From: Albugo candida
Taxonomy: Eukaryota
Length of the DNA stretch: 64,000 bases
Direction: 5' to 3'
Assembly (NCBI GenBank): GCA_040437565.1
Contig: JBDOQK010000044.1
Coordinates: forward strand, 1-64,000
Shown in pieces: positions 61,536 to 64,000 of this stretch (position 1 is its first letter; every line of letters begins with the position of its first letter). Below the pieces are notes generated by a model. That model searched no databases and had not been told where the DNA came from. It saw only the letters and a list, made by a program, of their open reading frames with translations. Position numbers and translations under genes: made by a program.

Positions 61536-63140
61536 ATGTCTTGTCGTACTAAATTCCCCGTTGTGTTTATTCACGGTACGTTGACGTCTTCTTATGAGTA
61601 TACATTGATGTGGCTATGCAGGAGTCTTTGGTTATGGTAAAACGCATCCACTTTGGAACTGGTGGCTCCCGTATTGGCCCGAGAGAGTTTTGGAACATCT
61701 CAATCCGAATCATGTGATCACTGAAGTCGGTATCTTGTCATCCGACCATGATCGAGCGTGTGAGGTTTTCTTCCAAGTATACGGAGGAACAGTCGATTAC
61801 GGAGAAGAACACGCTCTACGCGTTGGACATGAGCGATTTGGAAGAGTATACGCTCAGGGAGCATTTCCGCAATGGAATCAAGAAAATCCGGTGCATTTGG
61901 TGGGTCATAGTTTTGGAGCTACGACGGCGATTGAATTGTACCAATTACTTTGTAAAGATGCTTTCCACGTCGGAAGTAATTACAAGTGGGTACGGAGCAT
62001 CACTTGTATTGCGGGTCCGCTGAGTGGCACCACACTTACGCACGCGCTCGGAGTGCGGGAGGATTCTGTGACACGCTATGGAATCGCACATATGCTTTCG
62101 ATTGCAATCAATATTTGGTTTAAATTAGCACACGATTACCCAATTTTGAACAATGTTTGGGATATCCGAATGGACCAATGGAAAAGTCAAACCGCTAGTT
62201 TTTCTTCCGCTTTTTCTCATGCGAATCCGGTTCTCCGATCTCTTGATTTAGCTGTATTCTCAGCGGTTCCAGCGATCCGAGTGAGGTTGAATGGGACGTT
62301 GGAAAACATGGACAAGTTGCATCTGTTGAGCATAGCAACTTCAGCTGGTAATATGGCGATTCCGTTCAAAGAGATCACACTAGTTGTTGGGTTACTTTTT
62401 CTATTCATGGTTTCTCGGGCAAACCAAAGCGCGAATCGGCTACAATGCATTCTTTCGTGTGTCAGGCAATATCGACGAGGACGCACTTTGACCGCTGGGA
62501 TATTGTTGTTATTATTGGGTGGTCGAGTATCTATGTTTAATTATGCGAAATCGCCGACAATGTACTGGCTGTCCTGGCTAATACGTCGAGCGTCACGAAA
62601 GCTCCACGAGCTCTCTTCCAAAGGTACTGCATCGCGATCGTCATTACAAATCTCACGAGCACTTTAGGGCTTGATTTCGATACGTGGAATCACAACGATG
62701 GAGCTGTCAACATTCATTCCATGCTCTATCCACGAATGGCCAAGCCAGCAGCTGCGTTAGAAGAAAGCCTTTTATCTTCCCAGAAAAGCAAAGACATCCG
62801 GGAATCAACAAGTGAAAGTACGGATGCAGGCACGGACGACCCAGAAGTGATCGATGACACCGAGCAAAGTCTCGACGCTTCAGCACTATTGAGTCGATGC
62901 GCATCTCATCTTTCTTTAGACTCTCTCACGTGCAATTCAGAAATATCGTCAGCTCGAGACAATTCGACTGTGACGCAATTCATGTCGGAAACCTCTAAAG
63001 CTCGACTCCAAAAGGGTCACTGGTACGTTTACCGCGTGGACAGCAATCATTTGACGGGAATGTTTTGGGATGGTGAAGCTGTCAGCTTGTATCAGAATCT
63101 GTTTCGGCTGATTGCACACCACTACGAAGCTTCCAATTGA
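61536..63140 (+). CDS. Alpha/beta-hydrolase lipase with an internal hydrophobic insert, 3 exons
   Basis: PVVFIH|GVFGYG, SDHDRACE, VDYGEEH, the nucleophile elbow GHSFG, NDGAVN (Asp) and SNHL (His). Introns are at about 61576-61621 and 62623-62667. Confidence 0.85.
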
Positions 63141-63303
63141 GTATTTATCGGCATGTGTGATGACTCCAATTTCCACATTTCACCGTTTGTGTTTTTAAAG
63201 AAAGCGAAAATACCATTCAAAACGAATTCTGCCGCCAATCACAAAATCCTTTGTATTCGTTTGGGAACGTGTTATCTGAAAATGCATTGGAGTTTGATAC
63301 GTC

Positions 63304-64000
63304 TCAGGAGCCAAACACTTTGTCATTTGCGGATATTTTTTTGAAGGTGCAGTCTCCGTGGCCATCAAACTAAACGCACAGCGATATTGTGAATCATTCA
63401 ATGAAAATCGTTTGAGCAATCACTGAACCTGCAAGACGTATTGGTGATATTTCCATAGAGATTTACGATGCGATACAGTGAATAGCGTGATATTCTGCGA
63501 GCAACAATGTGTGTACATAGCACCTTCGACGTCGACGCTGACTGCAGAAGTACACTCGTCGAGGATCGCGAATTGGGGCTTGTGGTAGAACAGTCTGGCC
63601 ATTGCCACACGTTGTTTCTCACCACCCGATAAGACATCTGTCCATTCTTGCTCGCTATCTAATCCGGCTTCACGCTCTGCAACATACTTGAGCTGAACCT
63701 GATCCAAAAACTCGACCAATTGTTCATCCGTACGACCGTTTTCTTCCATTTCTTGAACAGAATGTGGGTAGATAATCTGATCTCGTAATGTGCCGATGCT
63801 CAAGTACGGACGTTGAGGAATGTAAAACAGATCGCTGCGTTTTGGTTTTGTGATTTTGCCACCAAAAATCGGCCATAGCTCACCCAATACGCGGAATAAA
63901 GAGCTCTTCCCACAGCCATTGGGCCCAACCACAATCACATTCATTCCGGATTCTACCTTTACATTCAGAGAGCGTATTAAAACATCACCGACCGGAGTGA
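63304..64000 (-). CDS. Peroxisomal ABCD (PMP70-like) half transporter, 3' end only
   Basis: [42 protein letters not shown] and [11 protein letters not shown]; the last exon FDGHG... ends at a TGA at 63304. Confidence 0.93.

Noticed and set aside
61536-63140. Recent horizontal transfer of a bacterial-type lipase
   Set aside because: The motifs resemble Firmicute lipases, but similar proteins occur in other eukaryotes. The gene has host-type introns and sits among core genes.

Overview
Eukaryotic, intron-containing DNA from a draft scaffold with 13 gaps of 100 N. It most likely comes from an oomycete, and specifically an Albugo-like white rust: it has a CCG/CHxC-type secreted protein, introns of about 45-60 nt, an oomycete-style PDR transporter and the flagellar gene MNS1. 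The window has two compartments. Positions 1 to about 31 kb are gene-poor and repeat-rich. They hold LINE and Ty1/copia fragments, a TIR element, a SINE that appears to join a 5S rRNA piece to a tRNA-like unit, an inverted-LTR mini-element flanked by a 5-bp direct repeat, one intact five-module CCG effector-like gene, several co-oriented decayed CCG-like pseudogenes, a PRORP-like pseudogene and an aspartic-protease-like pseudogene. Positions from about 32 to 64 kb are gene-dense: a hypothetical protein, ABCG/PDR transporter, STE11-type kinase, MNS1, PRP19, TGS1-like methyltransferase, FPGS, NOP16, EXO1, a coiled-coil protein, RPP40, SHMT, a lipase and an ABCD transporter. Seven gaps are flanked by near-identical duplicated sequence, which I treat as unmerged contig overlaps rather than real duplications. 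All calls come from reading the sequence by eye; no database search was run.
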